Virus record (IMG/VR): IMGVR_UViG_3300050821_013430
Location: 1-64,000 of that record
Strand: one strand, 5' to 3'
DNA: 64,000 nt
Below the pieces are notes generated by a model. The model had not been told where the DNA came from. It was given only the letters and a program-made list of their open reading frames with translations, and did not search any database. A program made the translations under genes and the position numbers. Position 1 is the first letter of the stretch. Each line of letters starts with the position of its first letter. This document shows, piece by piece, positions 17,163 to 27,833 of the stretch.

Positions 17163-20100
17163 TTAACCAGCATTAATCGCTGGTGCAAGCCCAAGTAAAT
17201 TGCTTATCTGTAATTGATCCACAAACAGCGGTGTATTCTTAAATCCTGATTTTTTCAAATAAACTATGATTTCGACCTTGGTTGAAAGTGAAAGAATAGT
17301 TGGGTCTGTATATATGTATGCGAAGTCCAAACGCAAAATACCTGTATTTGGATCAATGTAGCACCCCCAACGATCATCGGCAAGAATGCCCTGATAACCA
17401 TCAATACTGACACCATTTAAATTGGGTGAGAGTGCTTGCAAACTAACCGCAAATTTGACACGCCCCAATTCTAAATCGAGGGGCTGTACAAAACTACAGT
17501 CAGAATATCTCACTGCCGGATAGCCGAGACGAGTTATTCCCGTTCCATTATGATCTGATACAAATGTATCGAATATATTTACATTGACTTCTTGACCAAG
17601 AAAAGTATTAGGTATTTCGAGTGTGATAACCTGTGTCTCAAAATCGACAGCATAATTTGATCCATCTGGATTAACAATTTCTCCACCGTTTCCGATAATC
17701 AAATTATTGGGAACATAAACATCGATGCGCCCTGGATCAAAATCCGCAGGAATGGGATATGTTTCGCACTGATTTCCTACCAATGAACAATTATTGATTA
17801 CAAATCCGGTTGGAGTTGTGAAAACTGTTGGAACATATCTCGCATCACCACTTACTACAATGCGGGAAGCGTCCCAAGTAAGTTCTTTGATAATATTGAA
17901 TGCGACTGGATGATCCAAGAAATCGTGATTTTCGAGAGTACCGCCAGTGTATCCATCGAGAGTAAAAATATCTGGTAATGTATGAAGTGTAGTGGCTCTA
18001 TTTCCCGCTTCATTAAGAAAATCATCTGTTCTATCTGGAATTGAATTGGGTATATCTTTATATAGAAAAGGCTCTACTGTTAATGCAATAACATTGAATC
18101 GGGTCCCAATTCTATTTTCCGGAGAAGAAACGGGCGGAAAAGGCGGAGAACGATTTACATAACTTTGTAATAAGTAGCCATCATTTGAATCGACAATAAA
18201 GTCAGCATCAATATCGGCTCTCAGAATTTGACCCATTGTGGAAGCGTTAAGATAAAGTTTTCTAATATCAATGATATGATTACTAGTAATATCTAATGCT
18301 TGAATGAAGAAAGAGCCATTATTTTGTTGGTCTGGTGAGCTAAAAATTACCAAATTGAGATTAGTGAGGTTGGTAACGGTACTAAAATCAATAAACAAAC
18401 TTTCGAAAGAAGCCAATGAGCCATCATTGGGATTAACGGTTAGAATGCCATCAAAACCTGATGCGATTACGTTTGTAGTATTAGGATCGACTAATTGAAA
18501 TGATAAACCAGAATCATTAGTGAATGCATTTACATAAGCATTATAACCATTGATGACGGTAGTATTAATACCATTAGTAGTAATTTGAGAGTTTAGCGGT
18601 GGAGAAGAATTGAGATTAAAGCCAATCAAATTATTGAGAGCTACTACATCATTTTCATCAACAATGCCATCATTATTAACATCGCCATACATCATTGAAC
18701 AAAGAGTTGCGCTTGAGATTCTATAAAATACTGAGGAATCGGAAGCGTCCGGGACAATTTGGGCTCCGGCAAAAGCCCCATTGACAAAATCAGTTACCAG
18801 TGCCAAAACACTGGGATCATAGCGATAACCATCCGTCACATCATCAATAATTTTGATAAAGATTTGATTCTTGAAAAAAGTCCAAGCGTGCAAAGCAGAA
18901 GAAATAGTAGAAGTAGCAATATTATACGATTTGACATTTCCATCTTCGATTATACCAATTGAAAGTGGTTCGGTTGTCGTTTGAAGACTGGAAAAATCAA
19001 GTGGATTTAATAATTGTACAGAAGGGATAAACTCTTGACGAGAATTAATAAGATTACCGGTTCTTTGATCTTGCACCGGCACACTTTGCTGTAGAGTAGC
19101 GGAAAGGACGCTTGTAAAAACATCATTACCAAAAAATGAAACAGCATTAAGAGCAAAATCAGATTGGGCGCCAGTTATTGGGTCAGGGGCAGTTTTAGGA
19201 ATGATTATTCCTTGACCGGTATCATAAGCTTGTCCATCAGAAACTTTGGCTGCATCCGTCCAAACCTGAAACCATAGATTACTTTCTAGAATATCTACCC
19301 AACTAGTACCAGTAAAAGTGGTAACCCATGAATTACTAATTAAAGTTGCGCCAGTGCTAATTAGAATATCACACTGATTAGCTGCGCCAGATCGTTTGAC
19401 TGTAGCCGCATAATAACCACCAGGTTTAATGGCGCTACCATTAGCTATTTGAGTATTGCTAAAAATAAAATCAATGGGCTGAGGGTTACCATCCAACAAA
19501 ATCCCAGCTTGTTGTAATGTATTATAGTTAAAACTAATTTGAGCTAATGGAATATTAGAAGGAGGAAAATTGATAGCTAAATTAGGAACTATGTCAGTAG
19601 GACATTGTATTGCTGATTGTAATGGATAAATACTAATTACCAAATCACCTTGCCAAACTAAATTAGTACTCTGGCCAGGAGCGGTGTTTTGCACCGAAAG
19701 TAGAAGAGTTAATTTTTGGATATTATTAGTGGTGGCTAAAAATTTCTCTCCAATTTGAGTAGTAACATCGTTAGCGGCAATAACAAGATTTTCCTTAATC
19801 GCTGTAAAGATATTAAGGCTATCAGTATTGTAGAGGGGGAGTGAGGCCGCTAAGAAAGTTCCTAAAGTACTACCGTTGGCTACGAAAAAATCTCTGAAAA
19901 ATAAATTAGGTTGCAGGGCCTGCGAAACCATAATAGGATCTCTGGACAAAGAAACCGGAAGTGCTTCTTTGATAACGACTCGTCCACCTAAATTAAGAGA
20001 TTGGGTAGCGGAACCAACAAAATCATTGAATAAAATAAGCAAAATGCTAGTATAATGTTTAGAAGAAATTTGAGTATCATTTTGATCAAAAACAAAAGTA

Positions 20101-20456
20101 TCAAATTGTAAGTTACTTTGGAAGTCTAATCCAATAATGGCTATTTTAACTGTTCGTCTCCCGGCCGCAAGTGAGCCGGTTAATTGAATTGAAAGCTGAG
20201 CACCGAGATTAGAATCGATTGGTTGATTTTGGGCCGATACGGCAACACCATCCAAAAGTCCCGTAGTCAGAGAGGAGTCAAAAATAACATTTTGGCTTAG
20301 AGAATTAGGCAGAATACCAGAGCCAATTTGGTTATTGATAAGGCTACTTTGCCAAGCATTATTAAAATTTTGCTCAGTAGTCAGATCATCATCTGTCACC
20401 TGTTCGGAGTCGAACCAAACATTTTGAATTGTGGTAACTGGGCTGCGCTTAGTCAT
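17163..20456 (-). CDS. Large virion/baseplate-associated protein with dockerin-like Ca-binding repeats
   Basis: Beta-rich N/T/S composition; YGDVNNDGIVDENDV and RADIDADFIVDSNDG; follows baseplate genes. Confidence 0.65.
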   Translation of the reverse strand: MTKRSPVTTIQNVWFDSEQVTDDDLTTEQNFNNAWQSSLINNQIGSGILPNSLSQNVIFDSSLTTGLLDGVAVSAQNQPIDSNLGAQLSIQLTGSLAAGRRTVKIAIIGLDFQSNLQFDTFVFDQNDTQISSKHYTSILLILFNDFVGSATQSLNLGGRVVIKEALPVSLSRDPIMVSQALQPNLFFRDFFVANGSTLGTFLAASLPLYNTDSLNIFTAIKENLVIAANDVTTQIGEKFLATTNNIQKLTLLLSVQNTAPGQSTNLVWQGDLVISIYPLQSAIQCPTDIVPNLAINFPPSNIPLAQISFNYNTLQQAGILLDGNPQPIDFIFSNTQIANGSAIKPGGYYAATVKRSGAANQCDILISTGATLISNSWVTTFTGTSWVDILESNLWFQVWTDAAKVSDGQAYDTGQGIIIPKTAPDPITGAQSDFALNAVSFFGNDVFTSVLSATLQQSVPVQDQRTGNLINSRQEFIPSVQLLNPLDFSSLQTTTEPLSIGIIEDGNVKSYNIATSTISSALHAWTFFKNQIFIKIIDDVTDGYRYDPSVLALVTDFVNGAFAGAQIVPDASDSSVFYRISSATLCSMMYGDVNNDGIVDENDVVALNNLIGFNLNSSPPLNSQITTNGINTTVINGYNAYVNAFTNDSGLSFQLVDPNTTNVIASGFDGILTVNPNDGSLASFESLFIDFSTVTNLTNLNLVIFSSPDQQNNGSFFIQALDITSNHIIDIRKLYLNASTMGQILRADIDADFIVDSNDGYLLQSYVNRSPPFPPVSSPENRIGTRFNVIALTVEPFLYKDIPNSIPDRTDDFLNEAGNRATTLHTLPDIFTLDGYTGGTLENHDFLDHPVAFNIIKELTWDASRIVVSGDARYVPTVFTTPTGFVINNCSLVGNQCETYPIPADFDPGRIDVYVPNNLIIGNGGEIVNPDGSNYAVDFETQVITLEIPNTFLGQEVNVNIFDTFVSDHNGTGITRLGYPAVRYSDCSFVQPLDLELGRVKFAVSLQALSPNLNGVSIDGYQGILADDRWGCYIDPNTGILRLDFAYIYTDPTILSLSTKVEIIVYLKKSGFKNTPLFVDQLQISNLLGLAPAINAG

Positions 20457-20501
20457 TGATATCCTTATTACTATGCCTTATTTTTGCTTGTGCCATTATT
20501 T

Positions 20502-23500
20502 TCATCTTGTATAGGTTATGAAAGCGCTCGAATTGGCTGGTTTCAGGATTTCTACCAAGGCCTCAAGTACATTTTGTGCTTGTGGATTCTCAAGTAATAT
20601 ATCGAATGAATCGAACACATCGATTGTAAAATCAAATGATCCATTTTTTAATAGAACAGCAAAGTCTTGGTTTAGAGTAACTAAGGTATTGAAATCTAAC
20701 AATAAAGTAGTGTAAAGGTCTTGGGTAACCGGGAATACTACATTCAAATTACTATTGTAATTGACATCAATTGATTCTCCAAACGGAATAAATAGGGGTC
20801 TAGCGATATCGCTAATCCTAAAATTATCAATCAATGCAAACGCAGGATTTTGTCCGTTGAATTGGCTTCCTAAGTATAACTCATTGAAAGTATCCTTAAA
20901 GTTTATTTCAGCAGCAATACCGCCAATTCCAAGAGTTGTGGCCCCAGCGATGTGGGGGTCTCCAAAAAGTAATCCACTACCGAGGGTTAAGTTGCCTCGT
21001 TCATACCCATCTATGAAAAGCCGAATTTCATCATTAGTAGTACCGCTATTGAAACTATAGGTGGCCTTGACTCGATGCCAAGTGCCCTGAGACCAGAAAG
21101 TCTGACCGCGTAATTTATATTCAATTCCACTAGCCATTACACTAAAATTGACATAGCCAAATGGGTCTTTATAAATGGAAATCCTATCACCTTGTAGTCC
21201 ACTAGGAATATAACTAACTATTACTGGCATATTTTGGGACGGTAGTCTTTTCTTGAGTCTGATAACCTGTCGATTAAGGGCTTTGTTGGCCGCACTTGTT
21301 GGTTTATAGATAACTACTACCGGCAAACTGGCCTGTGGTAATGTAACATCTAGGAAGATGGTATGACCATCCGTTCCGATTGCGCCTTTGTTGAAATAAT
21401 TAGTACCACTTGGGTCTCCAATGATTTTAACTGATATTACTTGTAAAATAGATTGAGAAACAATAACGGTATTAGTATTGAGGCTGGTTGTATTTTCTGA
21501 AATGGCACCAGAAGTATCAAATCCTACACTTCCACCATCAAAATAATCAATTGATTGATCGCCGTGTTGCAATTTAACACTTAATACTCGTCCAACATCT
21601 CCGACTACTTGTACAGCAGTATCATTAATGCTAACTACATTTTCAATAGTAATGCCGCTAGCATCAAAATAATATCGATAGTTAGGATCATTTCCAGTAT
21701 CGAAAATTGGATTGACCCAAAATTCAATAGTCCCTTGTTGTTTAGTATTCAATATCCCGGCATTGTCAATTACTAATGGTTTATCAGTAATATAAACACT
21801 CTGATTAAAATTACTATTGACACTAAATCCAGCCTGCACAAACCCAGTGTTCTGACTAATTACATAATATCTCGCATCATTAGTAAATGGAAAAGTATCA
21901 AAAGTGGTTAGCATTACTGTATTAATGTCATCTTTCAATGGTTTTAATGAATTGAAATCCTTAGTGATAGATTCCTGAGAACTCGGAATTGTTTCTCCGA
22001 CACGGGTATCAGTTAGTTTGATAGAACTGCTCTTTAGAGCGTCAATTAGCCCATCAAATACATTATTACTATTGAAATCAGTACCTAAGAAAGCGTCCTT
22101 GTTAATGGGATCAAGTTTTACGGAAAGGTAAGTATAATAATCAAAATCATAGCGACCCCTGGCTAATGGGTAAGGTTGTCCTGGCGTCAATGCTTGTTCA
22201 AAGAAAAAGAATCCGCTTTGGAAACCACTACGAAAATCACTAGCATTCAATATTTGATAAAATCCACTACTGAACGCTGCCAGCGGGGTGGCTAGTGTTA
22301 GACTATGGTGATCGGCTGAAACTCCAGTAATTTGATAAGTGCCCGCTACCGCAAGCGGTGTTGAGATAACCAAATAATTATTGATATCTGGGGAACTGAA
22401 AAAACTATTTGGGTCAGTAACCACGTTTGTTCCGGAACCGATTAGAGTAGTGCCAGCATCAATTTGATAACTGTACTTAATAGTAGGATAATCGGCATTA
22501 CTATTTTCTGGTACGGTAATAGAAAACTCTTCTTCGACAAACAGAGTCATAAAGGCTTTGGATGTATTATTAGCCATACCACTAACTATTATCGAATTGA
22601 TTCCGGCATATTTATTAACACTATTTTGTGTGCCAAGAGAAGTAAAAGTGATTGTTTCGCTGGAAGGATTTCCGTTGATAGTTACAGAAACTGGTGTGGA
22701 GAAGTTTATATTGTTAGTGCTATTGATTGTAACAGATAAGGTTCGTCCATTGATTGATGTAGATGGTTGATCCGTAGTCAAAGCATTAGAGGTAAAATTA
22801 TTAAGTATCAAAGTAGAATTAGATGAATTGATAATTGTGATGGGAAGGATTTCGTGAAATACATTTACACCCGCTAAGGCTACTGGGATTGGTAAATGAG
22901 TGGCGATAACAGTGCTTCCGCCACTAACGGTTCCGCCGGTACTCATAGTGCCAGTTCCACCAGTACAGCCAGTAAAAATATTGGAAGTAAGACCAGTGTA
23001 AGATACTAATTGAAATCCTTTGTTAGTAAAAACATAAAGTGAGCCAGATGTTGGGAATCCGGCAGTAGATACAACATGGATAGTGGCTTGTGGCAATGTT
23101 TGTCCGTTAGAGCCAACATCAATGGTAGTATCGCCACCCCATTGATAATAGGGTTGTCTTATTCTTCGATGATTGATCCCAAGAGTAATTATATGGATCA
23201 GATCATTGGTATGAGCGTTGTTTGTAATAGTAAGAATATTATTGAAGTTAGCGTCTTTAGTCAAAGTGTAAGACGGATTAACTGCTCGCAGTCCGGGGAT
23301 TTCGACCGGGGTATTGGGATAGACATGGAAAACTGCGTTATTCAATGTTAGGGAAACGGCACTATCCAAAGTCAATGTGTTACCAGAGACTGCCAAGATA
23401 TTGTAATGTGATTGTAAAGTGGGATTTCCATCAATTCGCAGCAAATAACCAGGCACTATGCCGTGAGCAGTAAAATTTATAGAGGCCGAGGATACGGTAG

Positions 23501-26500
23501 CGCTTCCACTTATAGTATTGAGATCGCTTCCATTTAGAGTGGCGCTTATCGTAGAAATCGCAAAATTAGGAAATATATCGATTTCGGTTTGAACAATAAA
23601 AGAAGTTGGATTAACTGAAAATTTACCATTAGTAATAGAAGAAGGCATTGCAGTATTAAGAATAAGGGTTTGTCCCAATACTGTCAAAACCGTATAACCA
23701 CCAGGCGCAAAGCCAGGCTCATTGATAAAAATTGTTGCAGGGGCAACAACACCATATTGATCAAAATTGATGGAAGAAGAAACGCTAGCGGAGCCTGCCG
23801 TGGTAACTAAATCAGTAGAAGATACAACACCATTGGTAATGACTCCGGCAATTTCTTCCGGATCAACAGTACGGAAAAGTTCATGAGGATAAGGCCCAAT
23901 TCTACTACCATACTTTATGATATTGGGTACCTCAAATCCGTCAATGAAAAGATGCAATTCATCTCTTCCATTTTTGGAGTTTAGAATCCAAGACGCGGCG
24001 ACGTGATGGAGATCGTTTATTCTCCATTTAGAAACATCGGCACTGACCGAATAGGCCCGACCGCCATTGTCATACACTCTAAAATTGAAATATCCACTAG
24101 GATCTTTATAAAGGGATAATCGATTTTTATTTTTGTCGATTCCAAAATCTAATAGATAATGATCGAAATCTGCTAGAAAAGTCGCAGCAACATCTAATGG
24201 GACAGGGCCCCTGAAAACAAAAGTAGCCGTACTAATGCCTGATGTGATTTGCAAATCCACAGGTTGTGGTGAAACCACCGATCTTACATCATAAAATTTA
24301 CCATCAGTAGTGATTTTGATATTGTAAATAGTAGAATAACCATCGCTATATCCGTCAGAATAACCATCTACCACTTCTAAATACCAACGATTGAATAATC
24401 CGCTGGCATCGGGCGCATAATAAAGATAAACTCCATCTTTATTTAGATTTGGCAATCCTTGAACTTCTTGTCTTTTATTGGTGGTGAAAGAATTAGAGAT
24501 ATTATATTGGGGATGGTTTTCTGCTGCACCTAGAAAAATCTGATCGGATGGAATTGGAAGTCCATCTTTGGTAATAGTAACAGTCAAATCAGCGTCATTA
24601 TCTAACCCATTCCAATGAGGAGAAACCCAAGTTTGGAAGCTGCCTTGTTCAATTCTCAAATTAGAAGAAGCCGGGAAAGTAATTGTTTGTCCCAACGTAT
24701 CAACTAATACGCCATTACCAAATTTGGCCGGGAGAAGCTGTAAAATGCCGGTAGTTTCGATGGCTCTTGGATTTAACAAACTAGATCCTAAAGACCAATT
24801 TTGGAAAATAGATTCAGTGATCTGCGGCTTGACATGCGAAATTTGTTCTACCAAATTAGTCATCGCTGTTACTGTTGGGCCCTGCAAGAAAGAAGAGAGG
24901 GCCGCACTAAGCGCATCTCGGTATCGCTCTCTGGGTAAATTGATATCCACACTAGTGAGAGCTGGTACATTGATAAGAGAGCCAAAATTATTGATTAGAG
25001 CATTTCGTAATGCGCCAACTTTATAGGTAACATAGTAGACATCATTAGTAGAAACCGTTTCAGATTGTCGAAAATCAATTACATTATCGCCATATTCATA
25101 ACTGATTTCAATTTCATCTGCTAAATAAGTATAATCGATAAAAAGGTCTCCCTTGTTGTAATCTACAATTGCTCTAGAAAGAGCATTGATGGATAAAGTA
25201 TAATTTACCGCCACGGCATCACCAGTTTGTGGTGCATTGGCGCCAGAAAGAATTAATCTTACTCCGTTGCCTAAAACGATAGTACCAGGAATGCTCCAAA
25301 GATTAGCGCTATCTGAAAGACGAACAACATTAACAGTTAGCGTAACATTAGGAGAAAGATATGGTAAATTAAGATTAGTTTGGACATAGTGATTAGTTCC
25401 ATCAAATTCGACCGTGGTATATTGTTGTAAATTGACCGGAGCCAGAGTAATAGTTTGTCCAGAAAAAGTAGCCCCTGATACAAAATTGAAAGGAGTTGTA
25501 CTATTTTTTAGATCATCAAACTCAAAAATGCCACGGATAAAATTGATAGCGTTTGATACTCCTGGAACAAATACTGCCCCCGTGGTGAAAACACCAATTT
25601 GTTGATTAAAAATTTCATAAGGAGCACCAATATTACCGTTGAGAAGAGTTTCATCAGAGGGATCTAAACTTGTTGGTAAGATAAAACCATCTCCAAAATC
25701 AACAAATGTAAAATGCTTATTTTTTGGATTTAATAAACTAATACGGTAGTAGATATCATCAACACTAATAAGATGAGGATTTTGTGGCACGATATTACTA
25801 TTTTTATAACTAATCGTTCCAATGCTAAGGCTTTGACCTATACTAACTGCCACGTAAACAACACCATTTAAATAATCTATTTGATACAGGCCAATTTTGC
25901 TTAGACGCGCGACATTGAGAGTTTCAGTTTCATTTTCATCAAACCATATTTCATTTTGGAAAATATTGGAATTGGAAAAATTTACAGTGCTATTAAGGGA
26001 AAATCCGATACCATCGGCGGTGGCATTTGTTAAACTATTGTTGCTGAGAAAAATCTTGAAAATAGATAGTCCGCCCGTATTAGTTAAAGTTTGATTAACA
26101 AAGAGTAATTCATTTAAAACATCCTGAAAAGAAACTCTTTCTCCCGTTAATTGAGTAATGTTAGGGGGAGTATTATAAGTAAAATAAACAGTATTTTCGT
26201 TCCATCGTAATAGATTATATACTTCTCCGGATGTCTGATTGAAAATTCTAAATACATCAGTGACGGGGCCATTGAGTGTCATAAGTGCGTTTAGTGCTAC
26301 TAATCTATTTTCTATACTTTCAGATAAAGATTCTAAATGCACTTCAGCGCGATAATCAGTACCGGGTATTAAAACTTGTTCATAGTTAAAAGTGATTGTA
26401 GCTGAATTGTTTAGCAAGTTACCAGTCGGAATTGGTGCCACATCATTCGGGGTGGGGTCATAAGCGTAATCTAAATTATTTTGATAAGTAAAAAGATAAT

Positions 26501-27833
26501 TATAGGTGGCCAAGGGTGGGGTAGGGCCTGTCCCATCATTAGTAAAATCTGCACCATAGACGTAAACAGTGCCGGTAGCATAATCTACTGAATATTCTCC
26601 TGGTCGGGCGGGTAATGCTGCCAAATTGAACGTAACCTCATAAAGAAAGGCTGGATGAGGGATAGATGGATTTGGCGCATTCGGATTAGTAAGAATTAAT
26701 CCACCCAATGTTTCTACATTACTATTACTATCTACAACGGGAGCGTGTTGTAAATTAAAAATATTTTCGATTGGAGGCATAGCCTCACGAGCCGATGTCA
26801 ATACATTTGTTATTACTACATTGTCTGAATTGATGACTCTCCCCAAATCTTTATATTGATAAGAAACAATAATCTGAAAAATATTGTTGAGTGAAAAGGC
26901 AGAATCATTTAGAATACTTTGACTCAAACCAAATTGATTGTCCTGAAGTAAAAGATAGGTAAATCCAAATTCTTGGTCATACAAAGAATTTAGTAATTGA
27001 TATCCGTGGATATCAATAGGATAGGTATATGGCAATCGACCATCAGTATAGGTAAAGATAACGCTTTCTAAAATAATAACTGGGCTATTGGAAACGGTAA
27101 GTACAAAGTTGTCTATATTGAAAGTGTCTGTAGTATTACTAGATGAAAGAGAAAGAATGTCAGTGGCAGATGCTGCTAACAGCGAGACTGGATTGTCTGG
27201 AAAACTAGTAAAAGAAACTGAAATGGTTGAATTAGCGCCAGTCGGATTGATTCCGACCCGATCAATTTCGTAGGCCCCCTCTTCTACCAAACGATCGAAA
27301 GGGCCTGGGCCTCTAATTTTTCTTTCATCCACCACGGTGAAAGAAAGATAATTTTCATTTTTGCTCTGTCGAATGTCGTAAAGGGCTCTAGCCATATTGA
27401 CAGCATACGATTGGAGCAATTTATAGACAAATGAACTACTATCATGGATACCATCATAAACTTGATCTCGTAAATAATTGATTAGAAAATTCAGGACAGG
27501 ATTATCGGAATCTGCTGGGCCCAATATCAATATGACATTTGTTACTCCGTCTTCTACAAGAAGAGCGTCGCCATTTAAAGATCGAAAAAAAGAACTCGGA
27601 GTGGATGCGAAAGTAATAAAATAAGCGGCTTGCGTAGTCAGCGGCTGAGTGGTAATAGTTAGAGTATTGCCGGATACTGATGTGATCAATACTTGTGGAT
27701 TAGGAACAATATCTAAATTTGAAACGATCGATACATTAGTAGTGTTGATCGTAGGAGCAATGTTCTCCGTAAAAGTAGCAGTAATAGTTGTACTATCTAT
27801 TACGCTAACAGATAAAACTCGAAGAGCGCCCAT
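20502..27833 (-). CDS. Very large baseplate wedge/tail protein with LamG (concanavalin A-like) domains
   Basis: 2443 aa; QGSFQTWV / QGTIEFWV, HHVAASW / WHRVKATY, LFIDG, IDNFRISD; directly after baseplate J. Confidence 0.7.
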   Translation of the reverse strand: MGALRVLSVSVIDSTTITATFTENIAPTINTTNVSIVSNLDIVPNPQVLITSVSGNTLTITTQPLTTQAAYFITFASTPSSFFRSLNGDALLVEDGVTNVILILGPADSDNPVLNFLINYLRDQVYDGIHDSSSFVYKLLQSYAVNMARALYDIRQSKNENYLSFTVVDERKIRGPGPFDRLVEEGAYEIDRVGINPTGANSTISVSFTSFPDNPVSLLAASATDILSLSSSNTTDTFNIDNFVLTVSNSPVIILESVIFTYTDGRLPYTYPIDIHGYQLLNSLYDQEFGFTYLLLQDNQFGLSQSILNDSAFSLNNIFQIIVSYQYKDLGRVINSDNVVITNVLTSAREAMPPIENIFNLQHAPVVDSNSNVETLGGLILTNPNAPNPSIPHPAFLYEVTFNLAALPARPGEYSVDYATGTVYVYGADFTNDGTGPTPPLATYNYLFTYQNNLDYAYDPTPNDVAPIPTGNLLNNSATITFNYEQVLIPGTDYRAEVHLESLSESIENRLVALNALMTLNGPVTDVFRIFNQTSGEVYNLLRWNENTVYFTYNTPPNITQLTGERVSFQDVLNELLFVNQTLTNTGGLSIFKIFLSNNSLTNATADGIGFSLNSTVNFSNSNIFQNEIWFDENETETLNVARLSKIGLYQIDYLNGVVYVAVSIGQSLSIGTISYKNSNIVPQNPHLISVDDIYYRISLLNPKNKHFTFVDFGDGFILPTSLDPSDETLLNGNIGAPYEIFNQQIGVFTTGAVFVPGVSNAINFIRGIFEFDDLKNSTTPFNFVSGATFSGQTITLAPVNLQQYTTVEFDGTNHYVQTNLNLPYLSPNVTLTVNVVRLSDSANLWSIPGTIVLGNGVRLILSGANAPQTGDAVAVNYTLSINALSRAIVDYNKGDLFIDYTYLADEIEISYEYGDNVIDFRQSETVSTNDVYYVTYKVGALRNALINNFGSLINVPALTSVDINLPRERYRDALSAALSSFLQGPTVTAMTNLVEQISHVKPQITESIFQNWSLGSSLLNPRAIETTGILQLLPAKFGNGVLVDTLGQTITFPASSNLRIEQGSFQTWVSPHWNGLDNDADLTVTITKDGLPIPSDQIFLGAAENHPQYNISNSFTTNKRQEVQGLPNLNKDGVYLYYAPDASGLFNRWYLEVVDGYSDGYSDGYSTIYNIKITTDGKFYDVRSVVSPQPVDLQITSGISTATFVFRGPVPLDVAATFLADFDHYLLDFGIDKNKNRLSLYKDPSGYFNFRVYDNGGRAYSVSADVSKWRINDLHHVAASWILNSKNGRDELHLFIDGFEVPNIIKYGSRIGPYPHELFRTVDPEEIAGVITNGVVSSTDLVTTAGSASVSSSINFDQYGVVAPATIFINEPGFAPGGYTVLTVLGQTLILNTAMPSSITNGKFSVNPTSFIVQTEIDIFPNFAISTISATLNGSDLNTISGSATVSSASINFTAHGIVPGYLLRIDGNPTLQSHYNILAVSGNTLTLDSAVSLTLNNAVFHVYPNTPVEIPGLRAVNPSYTLTKDANFNNILTITNNAHTNDLIHIITLGINHRRIRQPYYQWGGDTTIDVGSNGQTLPQATIHVVSTAGFPTSGSLYVFTNKGFQLVSYTGLTSNIFTGCTGGTGTMSTGGTVSGGSTVIATHLPIPVALAGVNVFHEILPITIINSSNSTLILNNFTSNALTTDQPSTSINGRTLSVTINSTNNINFSTPVSVTINGNPSSETITFTSLGTQNSVNKYAGINSIIVSGMANNTSKAFMTLFVEEEFSITVPENSNADYPTIKYSYQIDAGTTLIGSGTNVVTDPNSFFSSPDINNYLVISTPLAVAGTYQITGVSADHHSLTLATPLAAFSSGFYQILNASDFRSGFQSGFFFFEQALTPGQPYPLARGRYDFDYYTYLSVKLDPINKDAFLGTDFNSNNVFDGLIDALKSSSIKLTDTRVGETIPSSQESITKDFNSLKPLKDDINTVMLTTFDTFPFTNDARYYVISQNTGFVQAGFSVNSNFNQSVYITDKPLVIDNAGILNTKQQGTIEFWVNPIFDTGNDPNYRYYFDASGITIENVVSINDTAVQVVGDVGRVLSVKLQHGDQSIDYFDGGSVGFDTSGAISENTTSLNTNTVIVSQSILQVISVKIIGDPSGTNYFNKGAIGTDGHTIFLDVTLPQASLPVVVIYKPTSAANKALNRQVIRLKKRLPSQNMPVIVSYIPSGLQGDRISIYKDPFGYVNFSVMASGIEYKLRGQTFWSQGTWHRVKATYSFNSGTTNDEIRLFIDGYERGNLTLGSGLLFGDPHIAGATTLGIGGIAAEINFKDTFNELYLGSQFNGQNPAFALIDNFRISDIARPLFIPFGESIDVNYNSNLNVVFPVTQDLYTTLLLDFNTLVTLNQDFAVLLKNGSFDFTIDVFDSFDILLENPQAQNVLEALVEILKPANSSAFITYTR

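Noticed and set aside
20457-20501. Possible third HNH tail remnant (GTSK/IRHSNK)
   Set aside because: Very short and needs a frameshift; not distinguishable from chance
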